Source: Mobula hypostoma
Taxonomy: Eukaryota
Direction: 5' to 3'
DNA: 64,000 bases
Assembly: GCF_963921235.1 (NCBI RefSeq)
Contig: NC_086108.1
Span: forward strand, 11,532,001 to 11,596,000
Shown here: positions 50,528 to 63,262 of the stretch, in pieces
Position numbering within the stretch: the first letter of the stretch is position 1
How the letters are laid out: every line of letters starts with the position of its first letter
Notes under the pieces: generated by a model
Seen by the model: only the letters and a program-made list of their open reading frames with translations
The model's database searches: none
What the model was told of the DNA's origin: nothing
Program-made: the position numbers and the translations under genes

Positions 50528-51323
50528 CATCTGATAACCAAGATTTTGCTTCCTGAATACTTTTGAGTGTATTTTATGCACTCTGGATTGCTGATCCTAA
50601 AAATCACCATGACGTTTCCCGGCCACGCACCAATTTTTTTGAAATCACCTTTATTTGTTATTTCAATTCATAATTCAAGTCAGAATTACTGATGCGAAGA
50701 TTAAGGAAGGCATTTTTGTTGGTCCATAGATCAAGTAGGTCATCAACGACTGGTAAATCAAATAACCTCTAGTGGGACCAGAGAAAATCGCATGGAAGGC
50801 ATTCAAGGATGGTGTTGAACATTTTTTTGGCAATTATAGAGCACCAAATTATGTGCAGCTGGTTGATACCGTACAAAACCATGAAGTGCAACATGTCACT
50901 AAAGATTCATTTTCTGGATTCCCATTTAGATTTCTTCCCTGCAAATCTTGGTGCTGTCAATGATGAGCAAGGTGAACGGTTTCACCAGGGCATTGCAGTC
51001 ACGGAAAAGTGGTATCAGGGCAACTGGATTCCATCAATGCTGGCTGATTATTGTTGGACACTTAAGCGAGAAGCCTCAGACACTGAGTGCAAATGAAAAT
51101 CATCAACAAAACGTTTTTAGCTTAGTTGAACTAGTTAAAGCATCGGCACCATTATGCAATTAAATGCATTATATTCAATAAAAGTTAATTTCTTGTTTCT
51201 CCAAATTCCTATGTGATATAAATAGTCTGAAATTATATTTGTGTTCAGCTTCAAGCAGTCTATCATAAACAGATAGAAAAAATTAGAGGAAGCAACACTT
51301 CTGAAAACATTTGTTGTCTGGTG
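50528..51323 (+). mobile_element. Chapaev3-like DNA transposon remnant (second copy)
   Basis: MSLKIHFLDSHLDFFPANLGAVNDEQGERFHQGI...MLADYCW; right end ttgttgtctggtg; homologous to 28945-29906 in reverse. Confidence 0.7.
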
Positions 51324-51695
51324 TTATTAGTTGTAAGTGACGGATTCTGTTCTCCTCTCCAATAACAGGAGGCCTAGTGGGGAACGGCTGTGTGTTGTCT
51401 CAAATCCATCTCATCCACGGCTCTATAATACAATTGGCAATCGTGGCTGCAGACATCACTCATCTTAATGGACATAACACTTGAAGAAGGACAAATCAAT
51501 CATTCGAATGTTTGAAACTAAGCACACACTGTAAGTTTGAGACGATGGGCTCAGGGTTTATATAGTAATTTCAACAGGAAGGAATTGAAGAGGGTCAAAA
51601 CTCCTGATTCAATGTCGTCCAACCTTGTGGATTGAGCTCTAAACCCAACCTTTCCTTGTCTGGGCAACTGGGAACTCCCCAATTCTCTCTACAGA

Positions 51696-51774
51696 GGACG
51701 ATTCCCAACCCTTCTTATGCCACGGACCAATACCATTAACAAGGGGTCTGTGGACCCTAGGTTGGGAACCCCTG
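51696..51774. mobile_element. Short hAT-type MITE
   Basis: ttcccaacc ... ggttgggaacccctg inverted ends, similar to the TIRs of 57900-58698. Confidence 0.55.
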
Positions 51775-52544
51775 GTTGGAGGGGGTCTTTAGTGACCAAT
51801 GGACCAATGGACAGTGCTGAGGTGTCATGGGGAGAAGTCAAAAGGGTTTGAGGGTCCTTTAGCTGAGGGCTTGGGGGAAAGTTGGCCAGCAGGATGGAGT
51901 GAAGAGCAAGAATGACATGGGAAGATGGTGGTGTTCTGGCTGCACTGGAGTTGAGGGCCAGGAAAAGCAAGAAGAAGAGAATATCATAGCTGGTCATCCT
52001 GTTGGTGGAAAAGGATTGGGGAATCCCGACAGCTGGCCAGGGGACGCAGGCCCAAGATGTTCTATCCCACCCTATAGCTGGGCTTGTGAGAGGAGCCCGT
52101 GGAGTGGTGTGGAGACAAGGATGACATTCTGAGTCATAAAGTTGTAGAACACTAAGGTACTGTGACAGACTTTGACCCATCTGGTCCATGCAAACCATTA
52201 ATCTGCCTGGATCTATCAATCGGCACCTAGATTATAGCTCTCCACACCCCTGCAATCCATGAGACTATCCAAACTTCTCCAAAATGTTGAAATTGAGCCC
52301 TCATCTGTCAGGAGCCAGCACGAGGAGGTAAACGGACAGAAGGGAAGGGCAGAAGGGCCATAATGGGAAACAAAAGGGAGGTTCTTGGGACTACTGTTTA
52401 ACTTCACTGCATACCATCTGACCACAAACACACCTATTGTGTGAGGCTGCCTTACACACACTGATGGTTTCCCTTCTCACAATGTGCAAATAGCATTTTG
52501 ATGTCCACGGTGGCATTGTGATGGTCTGAATAGGTGACCTTTCA

Positions 52545-53590
52545 TCTCAACCTGTAGATTCCATAGGCTAACTCCAGCTCTATGTGATACATCCTGAGAC
52601 TATATATTTAATGAATTATTAGATTACAGAACTTCTGAGTAATGTACCCATGGACAATACATTCCCCTGGAATTTAGAATACTGAGTATGCTGAGCCACT
52701 GATCCTATGGCCCTCATGCATCATGCACCTTATCCTATATACTGTACATATCTTCTGTATGTTATCCAGTACACCTCCTTCTTTTTAATGTATTCTCAGC
52801 CTACTGATGCCCTGAATATTGTACTCAGTAGCTATGGATCTCCTGAAGACTTTACCCGAATCTATCGAACTTCTGATTACTGCAGCGCTGATGACTGTAG
52901 CCCAAACCTTTGGATCTACTGGTTACTACACCTCAACCTGTGGATCTCCTGATCACTGTAGCATAAACCTATGGATCTAATAATTACTGCACTCCAACCT
53001 GTAGATCTCCTGATCACTGTAGCATAAACCTATAGATCTCATAATTACTGCACTCCAACCTGTAGATCTCCTGATCACTGAACCCTGTTCCAATGGATTC
53101 CTTCCTGAGTACTGTAACCAGTACGTATGGATCTCCTGAGGACCAAAGCCTAGACCTTTGCATCTCCTGATAACTATACCCAGAGCGCATGGATCCTGCT
53201 GAGAACTGTACCTCCCGCCTTACCTCTCCCACCACACCCCCAAAACACTGATACTTCCTCACTTCCTGTCAGTCACATTATGTACAGCATCACTTCATGG
53301 ACATACTGGTAATGCATGTAAGCCACCTTGTGTACTGTACTTATTGTTTTTTTGTTATTGTGTTTTTTGTGCAGTATTGGATCTGTAAATCTGGCACAAC
53401 ATAAAGATACACAGTAAACTAAAGAGGACTTGTGTACTGGAAATAACATCGAACAATCTTGCATCTTGAATCTTGGATATTGATGGCTGAACCAAGATAT
53501 CTTGAGTACTGTTACCCCCCACTGATTGATCTCTTGAGTACTGTACCCAGAGCCTATAGATTGATGCTCATATTTCCTGGCTAATGTACT
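52545..53590. repeat. Degenerate ~30-31-bp minisatellite (aacctgtagatctcctgatcactg...)
   Basis: aacct recurs at 52935, 52966, 52996, 53027, 53057; degenerate units flank these; interrupted at ~53215-53465. Confidence 0.75.
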
Positions 53591-53609
53591 CACACATTCA
53601 TCAGACCGT

Positions 53610-55030
53610 AAGTTATAGAAGCAGAATCGGGCTATTCGGCCCATCAAGTCTGCTCCAATATTTCATCACGGCTGAGCCTTTTTCCCTCTCAACCCCACTC
53701 TCCTACCTTCTCCCTGTAACCTTTCACACCCTGATTAATCCGTCTTAAATTCACCCAATGGCCTGGCCTCCACAGCCACCCATGGCACCAAATTCCACAG
53801 ATCCACCATCCTTTGGCTAAAGAAATTCTTTCTCATCTCCGTTCTAAATAGACATCCTTCTATTCTGAGACTCTGGTCCTCTGGTCCAAGGCTCCCCTTC
53901 CATAGGAAACATCCTCTCCTCATCTACTCTATCAAGGCCTTCCAATATTTGATAGGTTTCAGTGAGATACCCCTCATTCTTCTAAATTCCAGCGAGTACA
54001 GGCTCAGAACTAGCAAACACCCCACATACAATAACCCTTTCATTCCCAGAATTGTTCTTGTGTACCTCCTTTGAATTCTGTACAATATCAGCACCTCCTT
54101 TCTTAGAAAAAGGCCCAAAACTGCTCAGAATAAAGTCTCAGTAATACATCCTTGCTTTTATGTTCAACACCTCTCAAAATGAGTACTAACATTGTATTTG
54201 TCTTCCTCACCCCGACTCATAGAAACATAGAAATCCTACAGCACAATACAGGCCCTTCGGCCCACAAAGCTGTACTGAACATGTCCTTACCTTAGAAATT
54301 ACCTAGGGTTACCCATAGCCCTCTATTTTTCTGACCTCTTTGTACCTGTCCAGGAGTCTCTTAAAAGACCCTGTCGTATCTGCCTCCACCACTGTTGCTG
54401 GCAGCCCATTCCAAGCACTCACCACTCTCTGCATAAAAAACTTATCCCTGACATCTCCTCTGTACCTACACCCAAGCACCTTAAACTCAACCTGCAAGTT
54501 AATCTTTAGGGAATCATGCAGGAGGACTCCCAAACTCCTTTGCACCTCAGATTTTTGAATGTTTTGCTCAGTTGGAAAATAGTCTTTTGTTCCTTTTACC
54601 AAAGTGCATGACCAAGTACATCCTGACACTGTATTTCATCTGCCACCTCTTTGCCCAATCTCCTAATCTGTCTAAGTCCTTCTGCAGCCTCTCTGCTTCC
54701 TCAACACTGCCTGCCCCTCCACCTATCTTCGTATCATCAGCAAACTTGGCCACAAGTCATTAATTTTGTCATCTAAGTTGAAAACATATGGCTTAATGTA
54801 AAAAGTATTGGTCCCAAAGCAGACCCCTGCAGATCACTACGAGTCACCAGCGGCCAAACAGAAGAGGCTTCCTTTATTCCCACTCTTTGCCTCCTGCCAA
54901 TCAGCCAATGCTTTATCCATACTAGTATCTTTCCTGTAATATCATGGGCTCTTATCTTGTTAAGCAGCCTCATGTGCGACATCTTGTCAAAGGCCTGAAA
55001 ATCCAATTCTCCTTCATCTATCCTGCCTGT
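53610..55030 (-). mobile_element. CR1 LINE fragment with a nested second CR1 3' end (~54220-54484)
   Basis: AFDKMSHMRLL, AKFADDTKIGG; nested copy flanked by actca repeat and matching the tail at 24161. Confidence 0.8.
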
Positions 55031-56656
55031 TATTCCAAAGATTTGTCAGGCAAGAAGAAAGAATGGGCAAGAACATGAAAAAAAATTTGAAAGAGGCCAA
55101 TACGAACTATAGTCCAATTCATAAGTCTCAGAGTTTCAATAATATCTTCGAGAGCACTGGGACCCAGCAGCTCTCCAAGTGAAGCAACACAAACCAGCTG
55201 CATATAGATAGCGTAAATGCAATCAGGCTTTTTCCACTGAGGTTGGGTGGGACTACAACCAGGGGTCATGGTTAAGGGAGAAAGGTGCAAGGTTTAAGGG
55301 AAACGTCACTCAGAGGGTGGTGAGTGTATGGAATGATCTGCCAGCACAAGTGGTGCATGTGAGCTTGATTTCAATGTTTAAGAGAAGTTAGGATAGGTAC
55401 TGTACATGAATTGTAGGGGTGTGGAGGGCTAGGGTTCTGGTGCAGGCCGATAAGAGTAGTCATTTTAATGGCTTGGCCATTATAGATTGGCCATAATAGA
55501 TGTGCCAAAGGGCCTGTTTCTGTGCTGTAATTTTCTGTAACTGTATGACATATGCCAGTGATATTAAACCTGATTCTGAGTGTCAGATTTTCGCATTAAA
55601 GGGGACAAATCAATGAAGTATTGGATCAAAGTTACAATAGACGATGCCACTTATTTTCAAGTTGTGGAGAGAATCTTCACTTGGCAGCGGTGATCCCTGT
55701 GCCCCCGGAACAACCGTTATTGGATCACCACTGTCGAACTTTGCTGACCACTCCTCAGTCCCTGCAGCTCGCCTGCAGATTTCCTCCTCAGAGTCTCGAG
55801 CTGCTGCAATCTGCCTCACTGTCCAAAATGTGATTTTGCAGGGACTTTTATTCTTCTATCTTCTATCAGCGGTTTATAGCTGGAGCTGAGCTGAGTCCTG
55901 AATAATGGGAGCTGGCCCCAGGCAGTTTGTGACTCAGTGTATGCTCCTTGGATTCTGTGACCTAATTGTCTAAGCATCCTTTTAGAGACTGAGCGTGGGC
56001 TGATGTTACACAACCTTCAGATAAAGGCAGTGTCTGTGTCTGTAAACACTTTCAATGGGAAGCTCTGAAATCTACGATTCACACAGGCAATGCTCAGTGT
56101 TAATAGAGAAGATGATGAGCCCTCAGTCTCCTCGCATGAACTACACCATAACCCTTCCAAAATGAACCCCTTTATTGAGGCTGCCCGGGTGAATAGCTGA
56201 TCTGATCTTTAATCCCATTCGAAATAGAAACAGAGCCAGGTCATTGGGTGCCTTGTTCCTGCCTCACCACTTGGTGATATTGTAGCACCATTTCCCTTTC
56301 CCTGCATTAATCCTATGTTCTTGGTTCTCCAACGTTGTTACAGCCAGGGGTGGTAATGGGGACAAGCTCCCACCACCTATTAAATGCTCCCAGTGTTGTG
56401 CACCTTAAATAGCCTCTGACAACCAAGCCCAGCTCCTGGCCTTCATGTGTGGTTTAGCAACTAAGCCCGGCAGAATCATTTCTACTGACTGAAGAAGGGG
56501 CAGAGGCTGGTTACTGGCACCGTAAAACTAGTCGCCTTGGGCAGATGGGGCTCGTCAGCTGTGGTTGGTGGTGTAGTGGGTTAGTACGATACTATGGAAC
56601 ACTCACAATGCGCTGAAGGAACTCAGCAGGTCAGTCAGCATCAGTTGAAAAAATTA

Positions 56657-56690
56657 GTTGATGTTTCGGGCCGAAACCCTTCATCAGGAC
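56657..56690 (-). ncRNA. Minimal type I hammerhead ribozyme motif
   Basis: Minus strand GTC-CTGATGA-A-GGG-TTTCGG-CCC-GAAA-C-ATC-AAC. Confidence 0.55.
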
Positions 56691-57156
56691 AAGGAAGAAC
56701 TTTGGGGAGGGTTTGAAGAATGCTGGTAGTTGAAAAAAACAGTAATTTGAAAGACAAAGGGGTGGGGAGGGGAAGCAGGGAGGTGACTGGCAGGAGAACA
56801 ATAGTAGAAGGAGGCGGAACTACAAGGGAGGTGATGTGAAATAGGGATAGAGGAAGGGAGGGGGAGGGAATTACCGGAAGTTGGAGAATTCTATGTTCAT
56901 ACCAAGGGGCTGGAGACTACCTAGACGGTATATGAGGTGCTGCTCCTCCAACCTGAGTTTAGCCTCATCATGGCAGTAGAGGAGGCCATGTATGAACATA
57001 TCTGAATGGGAATGGGAAGCAGTTAAAGTGGGTGGCTACCAGGAGGTCCTGTCTGTTGTGGCAGACGGAGTGGAGGTGCTCGACGAAACGGTCCCCCAAT
57101 CTGCGTCGGGTTTCACTACCAGCATTCTTCAAACCCTCCCCATAGTTCTTCCTTCC

Positions 57157-57190
57157 GTCCTGACGAACGGTTTCGGCCCGAAACGTCGAC
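57157..57190 (+). ncRNA. Minimal type I hammerhead ribozyme motif
   Basis: GTC-CTGACGA-A-CGG-TTTCGG-CCC-GAAA-C-GTC^GAC; predicted cleavage after C57187. Confidence 0.65.
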
Positions 57191-57899
57191 TAATCTTTTC
57201 AACTGATGCTGACTGACCTGCTGAGTTCATTCCAGTGCATTGTGAGGGTTCCTTTGACAACAGCATCTGCAGGTTATTTTGTGTAGTACGATACTATTAC
57301 GGCTCAGGACATCACAGTTAAATTCTGTAAGCCCTTCCTGTAGAATGCATGGGTTTCCCCAGGTTCTCCAGTTTCCTCCCATAGTCCAAAGACGTACTGG
57401 TTAAATTTTGTTTGGTTAGGGTAAAAAGTAAAGAAAATTGGTCTTTCTGAGGACTAGCTCACCTCAGACTCTCATCATTGAAACAAAAAACTCCTCTTTT
57501 TGATTTCTTCTCTACCAAGTTGGATTCCTTCACATTCAACTATATTTATGTCCCTCTTTCTTGCCCAGTCACCTAACCAGTTCATTTCACCTTGAAGCCT
57601 CTCTCCTCTCTCCAAACTGCCACCTTCCTTTGACCATCAACAAATTTGAACATACAACACCTGATCTGGATCTATAATATTAAACGCTCATGGACATTAT
57701 ACCTTTGGCAGCCCTCAAGTCGTAGTCTCCCCGCCTGAAAATGTCACTCATATTCCTAATGTCTGTCTTCCGTCCATGGGAAGGTGTGGGATGGGGAGTG
57801 TGTGGGGAGAAGTGAGGGCATCCGAATCAGAATCAGGTTTAATATCACTGGCACATGTCGTGAAACTTGTTAACTTTGTGGCAGCAGTGTGGTGTAATA

Positions 57900-58698
57900 C
57901 AGGGGTCCCCAACCTTTTCTGCACCACGGACTGGTTTAATATTGACAATATTCTAGCAGACCGGCCGACCGGTGGGGGGTGGGGGTGTTAATCACGACTA
58001 GAATATAGGTGATAAGTCAACTAAGTCACTTATAAGTGGCTAATACACTCAATTTTGTTTCTAAAAGGGTTTATCTAATGAATTTAATATTAAACACACA
58101 GCGCATATTTTCCTCGTATGAACATCTAAAATCATTGCAACACATCAATATAGCTGAATCAGTGGGAGCCCTGGGCTTGTTTCCCTGCAACAAGACGGTC
58201 CCATCGAGGGGTGATGGGAGACAGCGATACTCGAAGGGGGTCCCTTGTGTCCAGTCTATTCCGCAATTTAGTTTTCCTTGCATTCGTTGCAGAAATGCCC
58301 GCTTCACAGAGGTATGATGTTGGAAATGGGAGCAAAGTTTTCAGTGCTTTCATGGCTGTCTCAGGATATTCAGCCTTGGCTTTGATCCGGAATGCCAGCA
58401 GAGATGTTATGTCAAACATACTTTTCAGCCCGTCGTCATTTGCAAGCTCAAGGAGTTGATCTTCTTCCCGCCCTGACATGGATGACGCATGGGTAATGAC
58501 CTCGCGTGGATAATGACTTTGCACGCGTAATGACCTCGCATGCGTTCAAGTTCCAACAGTGGGCGTGACAGGGAATGAGGAAAGGTGCAGCTGACTCATA
58601 TCATTTCATATCGCCAAATCATATCATTTCCTCTCGACCCGGTAGCACATGCTTTGTGGCCCAGTACCGGTCCACGGCCCGGTGGTTGGGGACCACTG
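57900..58698 (-). mobile_element. hAT (Charlie/Buster-type) non-autonomous DNA transposon
   Basis: TIRs caggggtccccaacc / ggttggggaccactg; 8-bp TSD gtgtaata; hAT C-terminal dimerisation remnant ALKTLLPFPTSYLCEAGIS...KTKLRNRLD. Confidence 0.9.
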
Positions 58699-58800
58699 GT
58701 GTAATACATGATAATATAGGGAAAATGTGAATTACAGAAAGTGTATATATTAATATGTTAAATTAAATAAGTAAATGCAAGAACTAAAAAAGGTAATGAG

Positions 58801-60933
58801 TGTCACGTGTCAGGCAACAACGAATATAGAATTGAGTCACGTTTTATAAAAACAAACAAACATTTATTAAACTCTGCTCAATATTAGTAAAAATAAACAA
58901 ACGAAAACCTTAACCGGAAGTAAACTGCTATGCGGCCATTTAACAAACCGCCAAACTCAGTACTAGTTCTTAAAGCAGTAAATGCGAACACAGTTCTTAG
59001 AATGGTAAATTCAAACACAGTTCTTAGAATGGTAAATTTGAAAGTCCAAGAGATTTATGCAGTCAATTAGGAGAGACTTTCCTGAAGTAAAGAATTCCTC
59101 GAAGACACGGCGTCACTGCCGATCCCAGTCGGAATTTGCCTTGTCTGCAGGATTCATGACAACAGAAATAAAATGGTTTAAAGGCACTGACCTTTTTCTC
59201 TGTAGAATAGACTAGATACTGCACAACCTTTTCTGCTGCTTTTAGCAGAGGTTACCTCATGCAGATCACTCTTACTTGAATGAATCAGTAATGGTCAATC
59301 TGCTCCAAAATCGCCGAACGACTCCTTCAGGTTCCCGTCTTCACTCTCCAATATTACTGAAAAGATACATCAACAAATCTAGCAGCGATTGGTGAAGCTA
59401 CCAGCCCAACACTTCTGTACCTTACAATAGAAAGTAAAACTCCGTTTTAAAACTATACTCCGTCATGAGACTAATATGCAGCGTAGCGGAGTATCTGACT
59501 GACGAACTACCTCAACTATACCTCTTCCCACCCCGCCACATGCAAAAATGCCATTCCCTATTCCCAGTTCTCCCGTCTCCGCCACATCTGCTCCGAGGAT
59601 GAGGTTTTCCATTCCAGAAAATCTCAAGTGTCCTCTTTCTTTAAGGATCGTGGTTTCCCTTCTGCCGTCATCAATGATGCCCTCACCCACATCTCCTCCA
59701 TTTCCCACACTTCGGCTCTCACCTCATCCTCCCGCCACCATAATAGGGACAGAGTTCCCCTTGTCCTCACCTACCACCCCACCAGCCTCCGGATCCAGCA
59801 CATTATCCTCTGCAACTTCTGCCACCTTCAACAGGACCCCACCACTAAGCACATCTTTCCCTCTCCACCACTCTCTGCTTTCCGCAGGGATCAGTCCCTC
59901 TGTGACTCCCTGGTCCACACGTCCCTCCCCATGGATCTCCCACCTGGCACTTATCCCTGTAAGCGTAAGTGCTACACCTGTCCCTACACCTCCTGTCTTG
60001 CCACCATTCAGGGCCACAAACAGTCCTTCCAGGTGAGGCAACACTTCACTTGTGAGTCTGTTGGGGTCATCTATTGCATCGGGTGCTCCCGGTGCGGCCT
60101 CCTCTACGTCGGTGAAACCTGACGCAGATTGGGGGACCGCTTGGTCGAGTACCTCCACTCCGTCCGCCACAACAGACAGGATCTCCCAGTAGCCACTCAC
60201 TTCAACTCTGCTTCCCACTCCCATTCAGATATGTCCATACATGGCCTCCTCTACTGCCATGATGAGGCTAAACTCAGGTTGGAGGAGCAATACCTCATAT
60301 ACCATCTAGGTAGTCTCCAGCCCCTTGGTATGAACATAGAATTCTCCAACTTCTGGTTAATTCCCTCCCCCTCCCTTCCCCTATCCCTATTTCACTCTGC
60401 CCCCTCCCCCAGCTGCCTGTCACCTCCCTCATGGTCCTGTCTCCTTCTACCACCTATTGTGTTTTCCCCTATTCCTTCTTCACCTTTCCTGCCTGTCACC
60501 TCCCTGCCTCCCCTCCCCCACCCCTTTATCTTTTTCCTTACTGGTTTTTCACCTGGAGCCTACCAGCCTTCTCCTTCCCACCCTTCCCCAACCTTCTTTA
60601 TAGGGCCTCTGCCCCTTCTCTCTTCAGACCTGACAAAGGGTTCCGGCCCAAAACATCGACCGATCTTTTCCACGGATGCCGCCCGACCTGCTGAGTTCCT
60701 CCAGCGTGTTGTGAGTGTTGCTTTGACCCCAGCATCTGCAGATTATTTTGTGTATCTGACTGACAATCTGACTGAAAACTAACTGCGTCACCAGGAGTCT
60801 ACCCTTATATACCTGGTGAGAACAATTCATCACATGACCTCACATTGGCGGGAAAATTACATCATGTGACCTCCGCAAGATCATTATATCATCCTCATAA
60901 GACAGTCACAAGATATCCATGAGGTATGTAACA
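58801..60933 (-). mobile_element. Solo LTR, family A, interrupted by Penelope
   Basis: tgtca...taaca ends; 4-bp TSD tgag; homologous to 26716-27587. Confidence 0.8.
59504..60751 (+). mobile_element. 5'-truncated Penelope-like element (RT thumb, GIY-YIG endonuclease, pLTR)
   Basis: RVPLVLTYHP, FTCESVGVIYCIGCSRCGLLYVGET*RRLGDR; 13-bp TSD gtatctgactgac (59491-59503, 60752-60764). Confidence 0.9.
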
Positions 60934-62178
60934 TGAGGTAGTGTTCATGGGTTCAATATCCATTCAGAAATCAGATGCAGAAGGAAAGAAGCTGTTCCTG
61001 AATCATTGAGTGTGTGTCTTCAAGCTCCTGTACCTCCTTCTTGATGGTAACAGTGAGAATCTGGATCCTGGGTGATGGGGGTTCTTAATAATGGATGCCA
61101 CCTTTTTGAGGCATCACTCCTTAAAGATATCCTGGAAGCAAGTGCCCATGATGGAGCTGACAAGTTTACAGCTCTGCAGTTTATTTTGATCCTCCCCAAC
61201 TGCCCCTCCCCATATCAGAATGACAGAGAAAGAGGAACATACTCATAGTCAAACCTTTTTATCCAGTTCCAATACTTCACTTATGCTAATTACCTTCTGC
61301 TTCCCATTGCTTTTAAACCTACAGTTCTTTGCTCTTTACTGTTGTTTTTATGTTGTCTGCTGCGGGGATGGACACACATTATTTGTTTGTTCGTCATTTC
61401 TTCATCCTTCAATATAGTGCTTTTATATAGTTAGTTTCCATTCTGGATCTTTGGAAGCTTCTGTAGTTGTTTTTTTGTATATTTATCCTACTCCTTTCTT
61501 GTAAAGCCATTGCCATTTCCATCTCAATGTCTTGTTCCTCCTTTGATGAGTTCTGAGCTGTTCCAATCCTCTGGCTTTGCGCATTTCTGGCAAGGTTACA
61601 AGACTTTTGCTTTGATCTCACACTATCAGTAACTTCCCTTGACGACCACAGCTAGACCACTTCCCCCGCTGCTATACTTTGCCCTGAAGGGATCAGTATC
61701 TTTGGGAACAACTCATTAATTCTTCAACAAGTTGCCAGTATCGGCTTCCTGTCATACCATGTAATGTAATTTCCAAATCTCCACAACCAACTCGTGCGGT
61801 AAAACTTAGCTTTTTCATAATTATGACCCTGGTTTCACTCATGCATTTCAGTTGTTCAGTTGACGCAAAACAACAGAACAAGAACAATGCAGTCGATAAT
61901 TTAGGAACAGCTTCTCCCCCTCTGCCATCCGATTTCTGAATGGATATTGAACACTACCTCTACTTTATTTTTGTTTTTTGTACTACTTACTTAAGTTAAC
62001 TTTTTAAATATATAGATAAATTACAGTAAGAAGTATATGTACACTTACTGTAATTTACAGCTTTTATTATTATAGAGTCGTAGGGTAAAAGGAAAGTACA
62101 GCACAGAAAGAAGACTTTCAGCCCATCTAGTCTGTGCTGGACCACTTACACTGCCTGCTCCCATTGCAGCACCAGGAC

Positions 62179-62596
62179 TGTTAGGTTGCATTCAGGAGTT
62201 AGGATCTGGAGTAAATTTTCACTTCAGCAACCAATCTTTAGACCTGAACGTGGATTGCGGATTAAATTTAAAATGCAACCCTGGGTAATAGGTTCCTGGA
62301 GCTGTGGACACCAGTTAATTGAAAACCAGACAATGCTGATTAACATTCATTTTGGGTGTCTGAAGTGTAGGTGCAAAGAGGGAGGTGTGAAAGTTACATG
62401 TAATTCAAAGGAAACATTGTAGATATGTTGTAACAGTAGAATTGTCCTGTTACTTTTGACCTTTAGGATATAAAATGTCATGTAATATAGGGTTGTACAG
62501 GCCTCTTCCTCCGCAAGTGTCTAATTTTGTTGAATAAAACACTACTATATCCACTAGCTTCAGTGTCTCTCTGGTGACTTTGTTCATGTTACAACG
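62179..62596 (+). mobile_element. Solo LTR-like repeat, family C
   Basis: Starts tgtt, ends acaacg, AATAAA near the end; homologous to 45156-45571; inserted in a CR1 tail. Confidence 0.6.
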
Positions 62597-62599
62597 TGA

Positions 62600-63262
62600 A
62601 CCTCAGCCCTCCATCCCCCATCCCATGCGTGTACCTACCAAACCTCCTCTTAAATGTTGAAATCAAGCTTGCGTCCACCACTTGCCCTGGCAGCTTGAAC
62701 CATACTCTCACAACCCGCTGAGTGAAGAAGTTTCTCCTCATGTTTCCTTAAACTTTTCACCTTTCACTCTTAACCCATATCCTCTTGTTCTAGTCCCATC
62801 CAACCTCAGTGCAAAAAAGTCTGCTTATATTTATCTGATTACACACCTCAAATATGTACATGTCTATCAAATTTACCCTGAATCTTCAACATTCCACGGT
62901 ATAAAGTCCTAACCTATCCAACCTTATGTATTATAAGACTATAAAACCATAAGATATAGGAGGAGAATTAGTCCATTTGGCCCTTTGAGTGCTCCAACAT
63001 ATCATTATGGCTGATCGATTTACCTCTCGGGCCCAATCTCACAGCCTTCTCCCTTCCTGCATGCCCTGACTAATCAAGAATCTATCAACATCTGCCTTAA
63101 ATGTACCCAATGACTTGGCCTCCACAGCCACCTGTGGCAATGAATTCCACAGATTCACCAATCTCTGGCTAAAGAAATTCCTCCTCATCTCCATTCTGAA
63201 AGGATGCCCCTCTACTCTGAGGATGTGTCCTCTGATCCTGGACTATCCCACCATAGGAAACC
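62600..63262 (-). mobile_element. Two adjacent CR1 3' fragments
   Basis: CR1-type tails and gaattccacagattcacc motif. Confidence 0.7.

Larger units (their letters stand above)
56596..57283. mobile_element. Penelope insertion with inverted pseudo-LTRs, inside a V-SINE-like element
   Basis: 14-bp TSD tagtacgatactat (56582-56595, 57284-57297); minus-strand GIY-YIG end + pLTR, then plus-strand pLTR. Confidence 0.85.

Noticed and set aside
52545..53590. CRISPR-like periodic ~30-bp repeats
   Set aside because: Units are contiguous with no unique spacers, there are no cas genes, and the context is eukaryotic; it is a minisatellite.
56345..56570. RTE-like 5' UTR repeat possibly carrying an HDV-like ribozyme
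   Set aside because: I could not build the nested double pseudoknot by eye; unsupported without a structure search.
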